This document shows, piece after piece, positions 39,301-52,150 of a stretch of 64,000 bases of DNA (positions are counted from its first letter, which is position 1; each line of letters starts with the position of its first letter). Source of the stretch: Perna viridis. Lineage: Eukaryota. The stretch is from NCBI GenBank assembly GCA_037379345.1, contig CM074519.1, forward strand, positions 32,266,103-32,330,102, read 5' to 3'. Below the pieces are notes generated by a model. The model searched no databases and was not told the origin of the DNA. It saw nothing but the letters and a program-made list of their open reading frames with translations. The translations under genes and the position numbers were made by a program.

Positions 39301-42300
39301 CCAAGATCGGGCTATCACCCTTGAAATTTCCACTTTTTATCGACTAATCTACCTGTCCATGGAAAAACAAATTTTCTTCAATAACTCCAAAAATCTTGAC
39401 ATTGGAATCTATATATTTAAATAATAATAAAAAACAACGTATAAATTCTTTATTCAAAATGTCTAAAAATAGATTAGAACTTTGTAGACAAGTAAACATG
39501 AAAGCAAAATAAGTAGCACAGTCTGCCTATACGCAATAAGGTTAAGCATATATACTTATGCTGGTAAATTTATTTTACTCTCTGAAGTTGACCCAAGACA
39601 ATGTTCAATATCAGAAGTCAACTGCATTCAAACTAAGTTTACCTCTGTGGAAGGAATACATAGTTTTTGACTGCATATAACATTACATGTGAGAATATAC
39701 ATTGTACATGTATACCTGTACTTCATGATGAGCTCCATAATATAATGTTCATTTATTGACCAAAAGCATATACTACATGTATGAGAGTTAGGCAAAGGAA
39801 AACAAATACCTGTGTTTCTGTTTTCAGGTTCTAAAATATAGGGTTTAAATGTGAAATTAAATAATACCCCGCCAAGTAATAGTGAAAAAGGGTAGCAAAG
39901 TGTTCAAAATGGCCTTACTCAGAAACTACATTTCATATATTTGCTGAAAATTGACCTTAACCTGTATTTTATGATACTAAGCAACTGGGCAAAGTTGAAA
40001 AAAAAAGTCACTGATCCTTCCTCAAGTCATCCAGAGACAGACAGATGGATGGATGGATGGACACATATCTTTTCATAGGGTATCACAATATACCTTGCAC
40101 TCAATATAGCAGGGTATTTAAACTTAGGTTTAAAGGTAAGCACAACTTTTTTTTCAAAGTGCTTGACTGGTCTGTTATGGAGATAAATTTAAACTTTAAT
40201 AGTGCCTGTCAAAAATGGCCAAAAACTTTTTTGATAGGGTTAACAGAAACACAGGTAATTTTATTTTAGGCCTTAGACAAATTATTTATCCTGTCTTAAA
40301 TCCGGAAGTCTATGGGACATCATTCCAAGGTACTAATTCATTGAAGCTGAAAGAAAACTCTATTTTAAGAAAGTAAAGCATTATACTCTAGTATTTTCTA
40401 TGTAAAATAATTCCCATAAAAAAGATTTCATTTTAATTTCTAAATAAATTTATAGAATAGATTGTAACATTCCTTTATATCTGAACATTAGTTATTAAGC
40501 AGTAATTTCATGGCAGAATTATAAATTTCTATGTTGTAACACTTACAATGGAAGACCATTTTCTACTTTATATGTGCCTTCATAGCTGATTCTGCTGACT
40601 TTCCCATCAACTTCATTCCATTTGGTTATCTCCCCTTTTCCTGAGCTAAAAAAGCATACCAGTATATATTTTTCACTGAATTAAAAGAACAGCTTCATGT
40701 TTTAACCCAACATTTTTGTAAATACATTTTTTCGTATTAGAGCGTTATACTAGTTTGCAATTCATTTTGTTGAATTGAATTTCTAGGTATCAAAAATGAT
40801 ATGTAACAGATTTAGTCTTTTAGGAATGTGTTCATCAGTTTACTAAACTGTGGCAATCAATAAGATATTCAAAAAGAAACAGCTATTTTAAATAAAGGTT
40901 AGTGTTATCGTCTGTACTAAAAAGCTTCATTTTCTTTAATGGGGGATGGAGCATCCCCAATGGCATGTATATATCATGTAATTAGGAAGTGACTGTTTGA
41001 ACTTTAAATGCAGGTGTACAGGGTCTGACATACATGTAGAAAGTCTCAAATATTCCCCATTGGTAGAGACATTAATAATTGAAGAGATTCATGAGCCGCA
41101 GTTACATTTTCAGCGGACCAATTTTAATTTTGACCCCTGCATATTAAAGACAATTATCTTTAGCTAAAACTTTAACTTAATTAATAAGGTAAACTTTTTA
41201 TGCTTATTGGTATTTTCACAAACCATATATCAGGATCAGCATAATAAGGTCCACCAAGAACTGTGTCTGTAGTAAAAGCCACAGGATTATATTCTGGAAA
41301 TGGAATATCCCATGATACTTTTTCATCAGGAACTGGAAATCTTTTCAGACCTGCTTTTCTTGGATATTCTGGACAACGTGCCTTTGTGTGGACAGAGCCA
41401 CCCTTCATCTTCTTAATGGAGTTTGACTGACCAATAATGCTTGTTATTCTTCTTATCATATAATTTTCATTCTGTAAGGGAAGTGAAAAATATCAAACAA
41501 TTTAATAGTAAAATTTACATGCACATGTACATCTACCATTATCTATTTGTTAAGTATTATACATGTAAATGAATTAGGTAAATCCAGCCTGGTACCCATG
41601 AACATGTTACTAGAACTTTATACAGAAAAGTTGATCTACAGATTAAGTAGCACTCCACATAAGAATTGTGTAAAATGTGATTCATGGTTGGAAAGCCTAC
41701 ATATTTTTATTTTTGATATTTTGTTTAAAATGTCAAGGTAAACAGAAAGTAACATGTGGCTTTTCATATAACCCTTATTCATAGGAGATAAAAATTATAT
41801 AGAATGCACTGTAGGATTCAAAATTAAGGGAGATAACTCTGCAAATGACACTAAAATACAATAGAAACTGTTGGATTTTCAATGTGGATTATCTCCTATA
41901 AGCCGATACAAAAAAGTGAAGATTGGAATGAATAACTATACATTTCATCATATGGACATATAAAATAACTTAATAACAAAAATCAAAATGTGTAGCCCTT
42001 TTTGGGGGTGTATCACATATCTTAAAATTTGCATGATTCTTACAAAGACCGCTACTTAAATACATATTAAGTTCATAAAAAGAGAGTAATGAAATTATAG
42101 TAATTGTTCGATACACTCATCAAACCTTTTGTTTCTGCCCACATGTAGGTCTAAAATTTGAATTGGTAAATTTAACCATAAGAAAATTTATAGTACAAAG
42201 AGGAAACAACCAGGGCCTCATCAAGACATCACTGACAAGAAGTTTCAGTCAATTCTGTTTGAAAAATAACACTACTGACATTAATGTTTAAGTGTAAATG

Positions 42301-45300
42301 GACATTGTACTTCTGCCTGTCAAAAACGAATGGAAGAAGTGACCACAAAGGAGAAGATTTAGTCAATTCTATTTGAAAAATAACACTACTGACATTAACG
42401 TTTAGGTGTTAATGTATACTGTACTTCTCATTGTCAAAGACAAATGGGCTAAGTGAGCACAAAGGAAAATTTGCTCATTTCTCTCTCTAGGTTAGGCCCT
42501 GGAAACAACAGGGATTGAATCTAAGGAAAGTTTCCACTTGACTAGCTTAATTTCAGTAAGTATCAAAAACTTAAACTTGCTAAATCTATGTTTTTGTGTT
42601 ATTTCTGGACTTCATCTGTAATACATTTAGAATTTAACAAGCAAATTTTAACAAGTGCAAATAATTTTTATTTGCAAAATTAAATTTTAACTCGCATTTA
42701 GCATCTCCCCTTAAATTTGATCACTGAACAACAACATGGTTAAATGGTCCTTCATACTAAGTTCACTTGGAAGGGATATACTCCCATAATTAGCTAAAAA
42801 GAAAAGAGGTCCAAAATACGAAATGAAAATAAAGAATTTGACAAACATATACATTGAACAATGTAATACAAGATATTTGATCTTCAACAGTTGTGTAAAT
42901 GAGCAGTGTTTTAACTTTTACCCAAAACTAGATTGTAGATTGTCTTTGAACATCACCAGTATATGTCATATCAAATCATGAAGCAGCATGATGTACAGGA
43001 GTTTTTCATATAATTTCAGGCCTTTTATTAAGAGGTGGTACCAGGTACTTTTACCCCTCTAAGCTACTGAAAGGTACCTCCAGAATTTTTAAATTTCATA
43101 TATGCTTATAAAAGACAATGATGAAAAGTACCTCCTACAAAACCGAAGGTACCTGCATTGCAAAAAAATAATGAAACTCCTGTAATTTGATTAAGAAAAG
43201 AATTTCTAATAATAAATAAAATTACAAATAAAGATTATTATCATACCAGGTCTACCGAACCTTTAATTTCTGGCATATTACTAATGGAATCAGACCTAGG
43301 GTAAGGGACATATATATAACTCTTACCAATCATTGGAATGGTTTTGTAAAGCATTTTACATCAATGTCATCTAAGCATCAAATTAACTTGGACTGATTCA
43401 TTCCATTCCAAATGAACACTTGACAGGCTTTGGTAACATTGAATATGATGCAAACATATCACTGATTTCAAAATTGATGTCCCTTACCCTAGGTCTAATC
43501 TTAAAACTTGTTTTTATACCAAGATGTAATTTTAACTATCAATGTGCTTATAAGTAACAGTAAGTCAGTACTCATTTTGGGATTACATATTTGAAATGGG
43601 CTATCACTTAAACGATTGAAAGATCAAAGACAAAAAAACAATAGTTCAAAGGAAAATGCAACTAAATCAGCTTCAAATGTGTAAGTCTCTAGCAAAATGT
43701 GTGGGTGTTGGCACTATTACAATGAATCTTAAACATTAAATGCCTCTCAGTGATATAATTTGCCTTATATCAACTAAGAAATAAGGCCCTTATCCATCAT
43801 GAATGTTTCCCAATTTGTCAAAAAATTGCCAAAAATTTAACCCAAATAGGATGAACTATTTTAATCTATAGTCCAAGGGTAGTACTAGACATTTCTGTTC
43901 AAAGTTACATGGATTAAATATTCAGGTTTAGGTTTTATACTATTATTCAAAATTTCCCGCTAAAAAAAATTTTAATTTCCCAATAAAAATGGGTGAAGAA
44001 TTAAAAAAAAACCAACAATATCACTGCTTCTGTATATACATGTATATGGTGCTTAAAAATAAACTAACATAGCATACAATGTATAAGTCCCATCATGTTA
44101 ATTTTCATAATCTGAAAAATAAATCAAGCTCCTGAGGTCCTTATAATTTTCTGTTATTCTGTATATCTACACATATAACAATCAAAGTATTACATTTTGG
44201 GGTAAACACGACTTAATCTAGACATCAACAACATGCAAGGAGATTTGGTTTGAAAAATAACAATGCTGACATTGTTGTCTACATGCAGGGGCTGCTCTGG
44301 CTTCCAAAATTCTATCGCCAGAAAAATTGCCAGCTACCATTTTTTGTCGCCAGTTTTAAGAAATTAGAGCCAAAGGGTGCCAAAAATAATTATACTTTTT
44401 TTTAAAAAAGACAGTATTAAGTTCACTGATGAATTATCTTTGTCAATTCATCAAAATAACCTCTCCATTCAAGACATACATGTACCCGAGATTCACTCTT
44501 GATGCATGTATAAAGCAGGTTTTTAGCTCTAGTCTGTCACTTTCATAGGCATAAAATATTAAGTACTACTCCAAAAACAGGTATTTTACTTCTATCAAAG
44601 ATTATGTTACTATTCTCATACAGTCCCTGATTTTAAAACATGGTCACCTATGTCCTTTATGGTCTAATTTATCTAATACAATCTAATTTACTTTTTTTTA
44701 TTATTTTTAATAAACTTGATTCTTTTTTTCAAGTGATAAAATTTCTATCAAACTACAGTTTGTACCATGGACCATTAATTGTGTCCCTGTTTAATTATCT
44801 TGATCTGAATAGCATTTCCTTAATTAGATTTTGGGAATCCCCATTCTATTTGTTTGCCAATTTTCCCACCAAAAAAGTCACATGGCAAAAGTGTAAACAA
44901 ATGTCATCCATTTATTTATCAATTCTTTCATTTCTAAGTATTTGGATACTTCCTGGTGGGATAATTATTGTTAATTGGATTTAATTTATTCTGTTATTAC
45001 GTAAGTCTGTTTCTGAATGTACTACATGGTTAAATAGGGCTGTGAAACTTGTGTGTAGCTGCGTGCACATGGCCTTAAATGTGTTTACCTTTGACCAGAT
45101 GATGAGAGTTTTGTTTCGCTCAATAATATATTTACATTTGATTGACATCTCCCATGAGGATATTGTCAGTCCAGTCACCTGGTCTAATTACCTTTAATTG
45201 CCTTCAGTCGTAAATTGGTCATAGTCAATTAACTCAGACCAGGTTAGCGTGGCAGGTGTCAACGCAATTGTTTAAGTAGAGAAAATATCCGTAGCTGATA

Positions 45301-46350
45301 AACTTCCTGTCAATTTTTATACACAAAACCTAGGCGCCAAGAAAATCGCCAACTGGCTATTTTTGTCGCCAGATAAAATAAAAAATCGCAAATTGCGACA
45401 TTGGGGAAGCCCAGCGCGACCCCTGCTACATGTAAGTATCTATTACAAAAACTTCTACCTGTCAATGACAAATATATGGAAGCAGTGAACACAAACAAGT
45501 GGAAGTTTTTGGTCATACAAATGTATCTCCCCTAGATCAGACCCTGGGATTATTGATACCACCCTACTGTACTATTATTCACATACTGCCTGCAGTTGAA
45601 GGTGGTACATAAGTATACTACAAGTACATTACCACACGAAGGGAGAAAATCGCCTAAAACAAAGTTGAATATCATTTTGTGTTAATTAAATTCTCTGAAC
45701 AATCTGATGCACTGTAATGTCTTGAGTAGGAACCAGAGGAACAATCTCATTCCTCTTAGTACAATTGTTGTGACTTCTCTGCACCCTTCTTTACATGTAC
45801 CAAAATTATTTAAAATTTCATTTTATTTTTGATTTTTAACAAATTATCACGTAATACATGTTTTTGTTTAGGCAGAAGTGTGAAAAATATGTAAAAAAGA
45901 ATTAACAAGATAACAATTTCCGGTTTGATTGGGCGGTATTCTTTTGAGAAGAGTGGTATACTTGTACATGTATATACTAAACTTGCAAAGGAAGGGAAGG
46001 GTGGTACACCAAAAATAAGTCATCTTTATAAACCAATGAAAAATATATAATTTAATATGAAGTATAAAACATCTGTACTTATTAGGGAGGAGATCTCGCC
46101 ATTTTCAAGACACAAGCAATTCCTACCAATTTTTTATTCCTAATTGAATACTGTTGTATGATAGCTCATTTTTAGATGAAAATATTAGCAATCTCTTATA
46201 CATTATTTATTTCAATGGTAATATGCTGTCATTTCATTTCCAAGAATTTCAATCCTAACATCTACCTACCAAATAAAACGAAAGAGACAAGACGAAAACA
46301 GGTATAAACACCGATAACACGCCTTGTGGACAAGGTAAACAATTTGGCAT
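33274..46350 (-). CDS. NUDT9: NUDT9-like ADP-ribose pyrophosphatase, 8 coding exons, about 332 aa, with two alternative forms of exon 6
   Basis: Phase-compatible GT-AG exons: 46350-46270, 41471-41224, 40645-40547, 39178-39092, 38673-38565, 36969-36826 or 36784-36641, 35952-35835, 33386-33274. Motifs [80 protein letters not shown]. Confidence 0.93.
35224..35435. mobile_element. MITE with TIR ggaggtagacctagggtaaggga flanked by TTAA (Kolobok-like)
   Basis: 23-bp TIRs, TTAA at 35220-35223 and 35436-35439; body homologous (inverted) to 43292-43496. Confidence 0.75.
35835..35952 (-). CDS. NUDT9: NUDT9 exon 7
   Basis: [39 protein letters not shown](G); AG/GT bounded. Confidence 0.92.
36641..36784 (-). 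CDS. NUDT9: NUDT9 exon 6b (alternative Nudix-box exon)
   Basis: [48 protein letters not shown]; 144 nt, phase 0-0, acceptor ttttgtttag, weak donor GAG|GTTTTT. Confidence 0.75.
36826..36969 (-). CDS. NUDT9: NUDT9 exon 6a (Nudix-box exon)
   Basis: [48 protein letters not shown]; 144 nt, phase 0-0, acceptor tcttcag, donor GAG|GTTAGT. Confidence 0.88.
37105..38262 (+). mobile_element. CR1-type LINE 3' fragment in NUDT9 intron 5, antisense to the gene
   Basis: [48 protein letters not shown] with in-frame stops; T-rich 3' region. Confidence 0.8.
38325..38600 (-). repeat. 54-bp tandem repeat spanning the NUDT9 exon 5 / intron 5 boundary (5 splice-donor copies)
   Basis: acttac (GTAAGT on minus) at 38343, 38397, 38451, 38505 and 38559, exactly 54 nt apart. 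Confidence 0.93.
38565..38673 (-). CDS. NUDT9: NUDT9 exon 5
   Basis: (R)[36 protein letters not shown]; donor GGG|GTAAGT. Confidence 0.92.
39092..39178 (-). CDS. NUDT9: NUDT9 exon 4
   Basis: [28 protein letters not shown]; AG/GT bounded. Confidence 0.93.
40547..40645 (-). CDS. NUDT9: NUDT9 exon 3
   Basis: [32 protein letters not shown]; 99 nt, phase 2-2. Confidence 0.88.
41224..41471 (-). CDS. NUDT9: NUDT9 exon 2
   Basis: NENYMIRR...[10 protein letters not shown]...[24 protein letters not shown]...YADPDI; acceptor ccttacag, donor TG|GTTTGT. Confidence 0.9.
41660..42043. mobile_element. MITE-like dispersed repeat; inverted copy at about 53314-53683
   Basis: taagaat..tg.aaaa / tttgcatgattctta termini; internal homology between the two copies. 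Confidence 0.65.
42244..42470. repeat. About 115-bp direct tandem duplication
   Basis: agtcaattct.tttgaaaaataacactactgacattaa...cacaaagga occurs twice in succession. Confidence 0.8.
42996..43182. mobile_element. Small MITE (caggagttt..cat / atgaaactcctg) flanked by TA
   Basis: Short imperfect TIRs; internal aggtacc repeats. Confidence 0.5.
43292..43496. mobile_element. MITE with TIR agacctagggtaagggaca and apparent 4-bp TSD (aatc)
   Basis: 19-bp TIRs; aatc at 43288-43291 and 43497-43500. Confidence 0.75.
44286..45425. mobile_element. Non-autonomous DNA transposon with CAGGG ends and 7-bp TSD (P- or hAT-like)
   Basis: caggggctgctctggcttcc / ggaagcccagcgcgacccctg; TSD ctacatg at 44279-44285 and 45426-45432; subterminal tcgcca repeats. 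Confidence 0.75.
46270..46350 (-). CDS. NUDT9: Probable NUDT9 exon 1 (hydrophobic leader)
   Basis: [27 protein letters not shown]; 81 nt, donor TTG|GTAGGT, phase 0 matches exon 2; promoter-like motifs directly upstream. Confidence 0.6.
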
Positions 46351-46359
46351 TCAATACAC

Positions 46360-46390
46360 CTGACGTAGGTTTAACTTCCGGTAGGGGGGA
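46360..46390 (-). promoter_or_regulatory. Candidate NUDT9 core promoter (ETS-like ccggaagt, CRE-like acgtca)
   Basis: Minus strand reads ccggaagttaaacctacgtcagg just upstream of the exon 1 ATG. Confidence 0.35.
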
Positions 46391-46569
46391 TAATTCTACT
46401 GTTTTTCGGTAAACTGGAGCCTCTCAGGATTTATCTCACTATGCTTACATCAGCGTATTAAATTTAGAAGTGGAAGACTTAAATTGCCAATTGATGTTGG
46501 TAGATATTTTAGTATTAATAGGTCTGCAACTGTATGTGACCTAGTGGGTGAAAAAGTTTTGGGAAAAAC

Positions 46570-47070
46570 AAGGAATAAAACGTGAATACAAGCTTTAATT
46601 TGACTGGAAATACAATCGGTTGTGAAAATGATGTGAAACTACTTGTGGTTACCCTTTATTTTGAAATGAAATTCAACATTTACATCTCAAATATTGCAAA
46701 AAGGCATCAAAACAACTTAATTATACTCAAAAGGATTTTTTTTTATCGGAAAATACCTATAACCTGAACAGATTGGGCAAACTTACCATGTATACCATTC
46801 TTATTAAACTTTAATAACTTTTGTCCACTAAGTTGACACTTTTGTAGAAAAAGCAATACATACAAAGTTAAAAAAAAATCCAAGAGAGGGCACTCAGACT
46901 TATTTATGAAGACTACCAAAGTAACCATGAACAACTACTAGAAACATATTAAATGCCAACATTAGCAATCAGACGGATAAGATCTACACAATCAAAGTAT
47001 TTTTAACATCATACACATCATACACAAAAGAAGTCCACCATACTTACATGACCTAATAAAAATAAAAAAA
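46570..47070 (+). mobile_element. Degenerate CR1-like LINE 3' fragment
   Basis: VKLLVVTL...KFN.YISNI, SFLLNFNFCPL.*HFC and KIQERAL-like remnants across broken frames. Confidence 0.55.
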
Positions 47071-47996
47071 AACACAAATTCATGCTTTGTTTTGTGTGTA
47101 TCTGTATGTCTTTGAACTTTATATTCAACTGAAACATTTTTATAACCATGAAAGACGAAAATTCATAAGTTATACAGGTTCACATATGTAATAATAGAAA
47201 CATTGTTAGCCTGGTAAAAGATTTAATGAATAATCAAGATAATAATATGTTCTTGTCGGGTTGGTGAAATTTTGCAAAATTGTGTGTCTGTATTTAAGTG
47301 ATATTATTTGTAATATTTCCCCTCCTCTATACTCTTATAGCTACCCGATATGTATATATGTTAATCCATGCATAATTGTTTGTTGAATTGATTGTACCGT
47401 CTTAAGCCTATATATAAGATGCCTTTATTGAGATAAAAAAGAATCTAGTTTCAAAGGTTTCAGGATGTGTATAACGTTGATGATTCTTATGACAATTGAA
47501 ACAGAAGATCAGGGCATGTATATTAAATTCCATGAGAAGATCTTGCATGTTCATCTATTGGATCTCCATAATGTAAAGATCTTAAATTAGATCTGTGATT
47601 TCAAAATCAATAGGTTGGGTGATTTACAGGTCCGTGGTAAATCTGTTTAAGAATGAATACAGAACATAGTTCGAGTTGCTTGTCCGAATGTCTTATTTGC
47701 AACCTTATTTCTGCAGAATAATATTATCTGTAGTGTCTATCTATTTAACGAATTCAGAATAAAATTCTCCAACTTTTAGCATTATTTTGTCATCTACAAA
47801 GCTAGCACAGTAAACCTCGTCCAATATGACAGCACTTGCATTTGAACATTATTTGGACCACGACGGTATCAGTATGTACATATAAATCCTACTTATATAA
47901 CCACTGTTACTCGGCGTTTTGGTTGTTTAAGGTAGTTTTTCTTACTTTAATGTGATATTTCGTTTTGACCCTTGCAGGAAATACTATAGGGTTATT

Positions 47997-48458
47997 AAAT
48001 GGTTATTTTCATATTAATCCTGTATTATGTCCAAGTACAGTCGTATTGGGTTGAGATCACTTGTATTGGCCCGAGGCGAAGCCGAGGGCCAATACAAGTG
48101 GTCGAAACCCAATACGACTGTACGAGGACATAATACAGGATTAATATGAAAATAACCATTTTATGATCCCTTTATTAACTGATGACTTAAAATAACAGGA
48201 GTTATCTGTACAAACCTTTAAATACAGCTCAGTATGACATATTTCCTAGTGAAGACTGTAACACTCCAGATCTCTTGATGCATTTATTCACCCCAACTGT
48301 TCTTTTCTATATCGATCTATATAAATATACCAAGTTTAACTTTTATACAGGGCCAGAATTAATACAGGGCAATTGCCCTGTATAAATTATGGTTGCTAAA
48401 ACCTCCTGTTGTATTAAAGGGGCAATTTACATTGTATTTTAAGTCATCAGTTAATAAA
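47997..48458. mobile_element. Non-autonomous hairpin-plus-IR element (family 2), possibly Crypton-related
   Basis: Near-perfect 165-nt hairpin 47997-48161 centred on ggcgaagcc; perfect 24-bp IR at 48171-48194 / 48435-48458. Confidence 0.75.
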
Positions 48459-50999
48459 TTGAATTACAGATCTATCCCTTGTGGGATCTATATAGGTTTG
48501 CATGTTTAATATGACATCAGGCTGTATGCATGCATGAAGGACAATCTATGAAAACAAGGTTCGAAATCAACAAATAAAATTAACGTTTAACAACCAATCT
48601 ATGTATAAAGAGTAACGTTGTCAAGAACCCACGCATCTACCACATCAAAACATAACTTGCGTCGAGAAGATGTCGACATAAATTCCGGAGCATGAAAAAA
48701 GATACTTACAAAAGTAACTTGCATACTCACCGCTCTATCGGATATTGAGACGATAGAGTCCCTTATATAATGCCAAAGAAGAATTGCAGTCAACATTTAC
48801 GCTATATATACGTTTATACATGCATATGTTAAACATAACAAAAACTATTATCGCTGAATTTAAAATACTATATACATACATGTATAGTTGGAATATTGAT
48901 TTAAAGTATTAGTTTTATTAGATATGCGTACCTGTGTATAATATAGTCTTTAAATTCTAGATTACATGAACTTTTGAATACTTAAAGGTCTATATAGTGT
49001 GACCTCAGTAAAGTGTCTATCGCAATGAAATATTCAATTATATGGAATTTTGTTATGTTTTTCTTTTTTTTTGTATACTTGTGAAACGCAACAAATGTAC
49101 CAGCATATAACCTAAATGCAAAATAGTAAATACTTCCAGAGATCACAAAACGGCCGTCTAGACCTTCAGGGACAAGGTTATGTGCCTACAAGATTAAAGT
49201 CTTGAACACAGATATTTTAATGCCGTCATTATGAACTCACTTTGCTGTATTCACCTGCACAATGGAGTCCGGGATACTCAATTATTTGTTTCTTTGTGCT
49301 ATTTTTCATATTTCACGTTCTTTGTTGTATGTGTATATTTTCATGACTAGCCGTTATCTTTGGTTTATATAATTAAAAGGATGGTTCGAATCCGGATTTT
49401 TCCATCGAGGCCACAAACAGAACAAAAAAATGGGAATTAGTCTATGTCAGTTTGCACACAGGATATTTAGAGAAATGATTTACTCATCTTACAGATGACA
49501 TTTCACTTTACATAGCCCATAAAGGCTTTGAGCAGGGAACGAACATGCTCAACATAAACTCAGATAATAAAAGCTGAATACAGAAATATCTGATAAAAAA
49601 AAGGGAAAGAAAAAGAAAAAAAAAGGAAATTTTAGCGCCTGTTTTCTGCAAATTAAACACTTTTTCCGACAGAAAAGGGGAGTTCTTACTCACGGAATTA
49701 TACCCTGGATCTGCATTTGAAGATTTCCCAACTGCACGAGAATCGCCAAAAAGTGTTTTGATTGAGACTTCTCAAAATGACCCCTAAATGTCGGCGTAAA
49801 TTAATCCATTCTGAAAAAAATTGTCAATAAGTCATTTAAACTGTAAAAGAACATTTACAAAACAAAAAACAAAAACAAAAAAGAAAAAGAAAAAAGAAAA
49901 CTTTCTCCTTTACCATGAGTGTCAAAGAGTAGCACTAAAATTGAACGACAGCGAAATTATGTTATCGCAGTCATTGGACTTATTTGACACATGTGATAAA
50001 AGACAAAAAAACGGGAATGGCACGAGTAATGCCAAAATGAAAGGTAACATTTATTCAAAGTATTTTTATCATAAACATGTCGTTCAAAAAGAAGCTATTT
50101 GCATAGATACGATAGAACCAACAAGGATACAGACTATTTTATGTATAACGAAGATGGATATCTATACCCTGAGTGCCAGCAAAACTGATTTCAAACACAC
50201 AGAGGACAGATAACTCGCACAGTCCAAGTTATGCAATCCCGATATTGCATTATCGAGATTATAGCACGGGTACTTTAAAAACGACTGTATCACTCATTTG
50301 CAAATTTCAAATGATATTTTAGAAAAAATGACATAACAACCTCATAAACATGTATATATGAACAGTTGTACTAAATGGAATTGACGTCTTTTTCCACGAA
50401 ATACAGTATCTGTAAGCTCTGCAAAATATATATCAGTTATTCCTTAATTAGATTGCAACAAAATGAGTAAAAACGGGAAAACAATATTTAATGAAATCAC
50501 ACCAAACTATCGATTATATTAGATTAAATAGAAAAAAAATCAAAACAAAACAAAACAAAAACAAATCAAACAAAACAAGCCAAAAATAAAAATTCTAAAT
50601 AAAGATAATGACTTCATTTTTAGTAAATAGCTATAGACTTATGACGCATCTAAATTAAAGGAACAATATCATTTATATAATATACATTCTTTAAATTGAT
50701 TTTTGTATTTCTAAATATAAATTACCACATTATGTACTTATATTATGTATAATGAAAATAATTGTCATCAAGATATATATTTTGTTTGTGTGCCTGATGT
50801 GTATCGTTCAACAAGAACGATAGTAAAAACAATTTTTCAATACTCTTTCCATGTTTTTTTACAAAGTCTATGCACACAGTTCAAGAACACTTATATAATA
50901 TTTCATTTGGATTTATTTTGCGGATGAACACTTGTTTGCAAGAAAATTCTCTGCATTGTCAAATGAAGTATTTCATCAACTTGGCAGCACAACACTCAC

Positions 51000-52140
51000 A
51001 CTTACGAAATTTATACACATATTCATCCTTAGCTGGAACAGAGACAAGCCCCTCAGATACATGTACGAAAGAACCACCAATGATACAAGCTTTTAAAGAA
51101 ATTGAAATAGTTCATGTCCTCAGATATCACCCTATTAGTTTACTTAACCGCTGTTGAAAAATATTTGAGAAAGTATTCAAAAACCCTAGAGTCTCAAAAC
51201 ATGTTATCACAAGTGTTAGGACGGATTTAGGCACCACTGGGACAGAGATATTACCGATCAAACAACTAACCTATCGTTAATTATTGAAGACGTACTTTAA
51301 GCCAAGAAAGTACATCTTACTTTTTTACTTACTTGAGCTTAAAAGACATTTTACAAATTATGGAAAGATGGTTTATTTGTCAAATAGTAATCAAGGGACC
51401 CAAGGTTATAGCGGTAATCAAAAGAATGTAATTCAGGGACAAAGACCAGACATGGAAAACAGACATACACAACAAAGAATATAAAGAAACTAGAATCATA
51501 CATACAAAGTGACAAAAGAAAATGAGCAACTCGGACTCCACTAAAAACTGGGAGCATGGACCAGGTGCACCGGTAGGGTAAGCGTCCTCTGCTTTTCTAG
51601 AAACATCCATCAAACTCATCACAAATGAAATTAGTGGTAAGGTGTATAAATGGACAAAATCCAATCCTACAAAAGGAGAGCAAGAGTACGTTATATGGCA
51701 CAAACACTGAGAAATGATACTCAAGCAATGTTTTTTTCACATGGAAGAGAATTACCACTTACAACATATTCATATTATACATGGATGATTTAGTACCAGT
51801 GCTACTCCAAATTGTCTATTCATCTCTTTTTGCAGAAGATCTTGTAATATGGTGCTCAGAATAATATACAATGTGCCACGACAACCAACTACAGACGTAA
51901 GGTGCTCTGTATATAATATCTGATTCGGCTGAACAATGGTGTTGCCGCCAATAGAGAAAAAAAAACATTATCTACCCTCTTATTACTATTTACAATAGTT
52001 CAACGCGAAAAGCTCATCATTAATACAACATGATTTAGATTATGAGACCAATAAACCTACCTTAAGGTAACTGCAATAAGGGATGACATGGACAAAGCAC
52101 ATTACTAAAGCAGGAGCTAAATCAAGACGTAATTACACAT
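51000..52140 (+). mobile_element. Highly degenerate LINE RT remnant interrupted by a Penelope-like fragment
   Basis: YHPISLLNRC*KIFEKV near 51125 and LFAEDLVIWCSE near 51825 resemble RT motifs. Confidence 0.4.
51386..51608 (-). mobile_element. Penelope-like element 3' fragment
   Basis: Reverse complement of about 8105-8320. Confidence 0.85.
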
Positions 52141-52150
52141 ATATATATAT

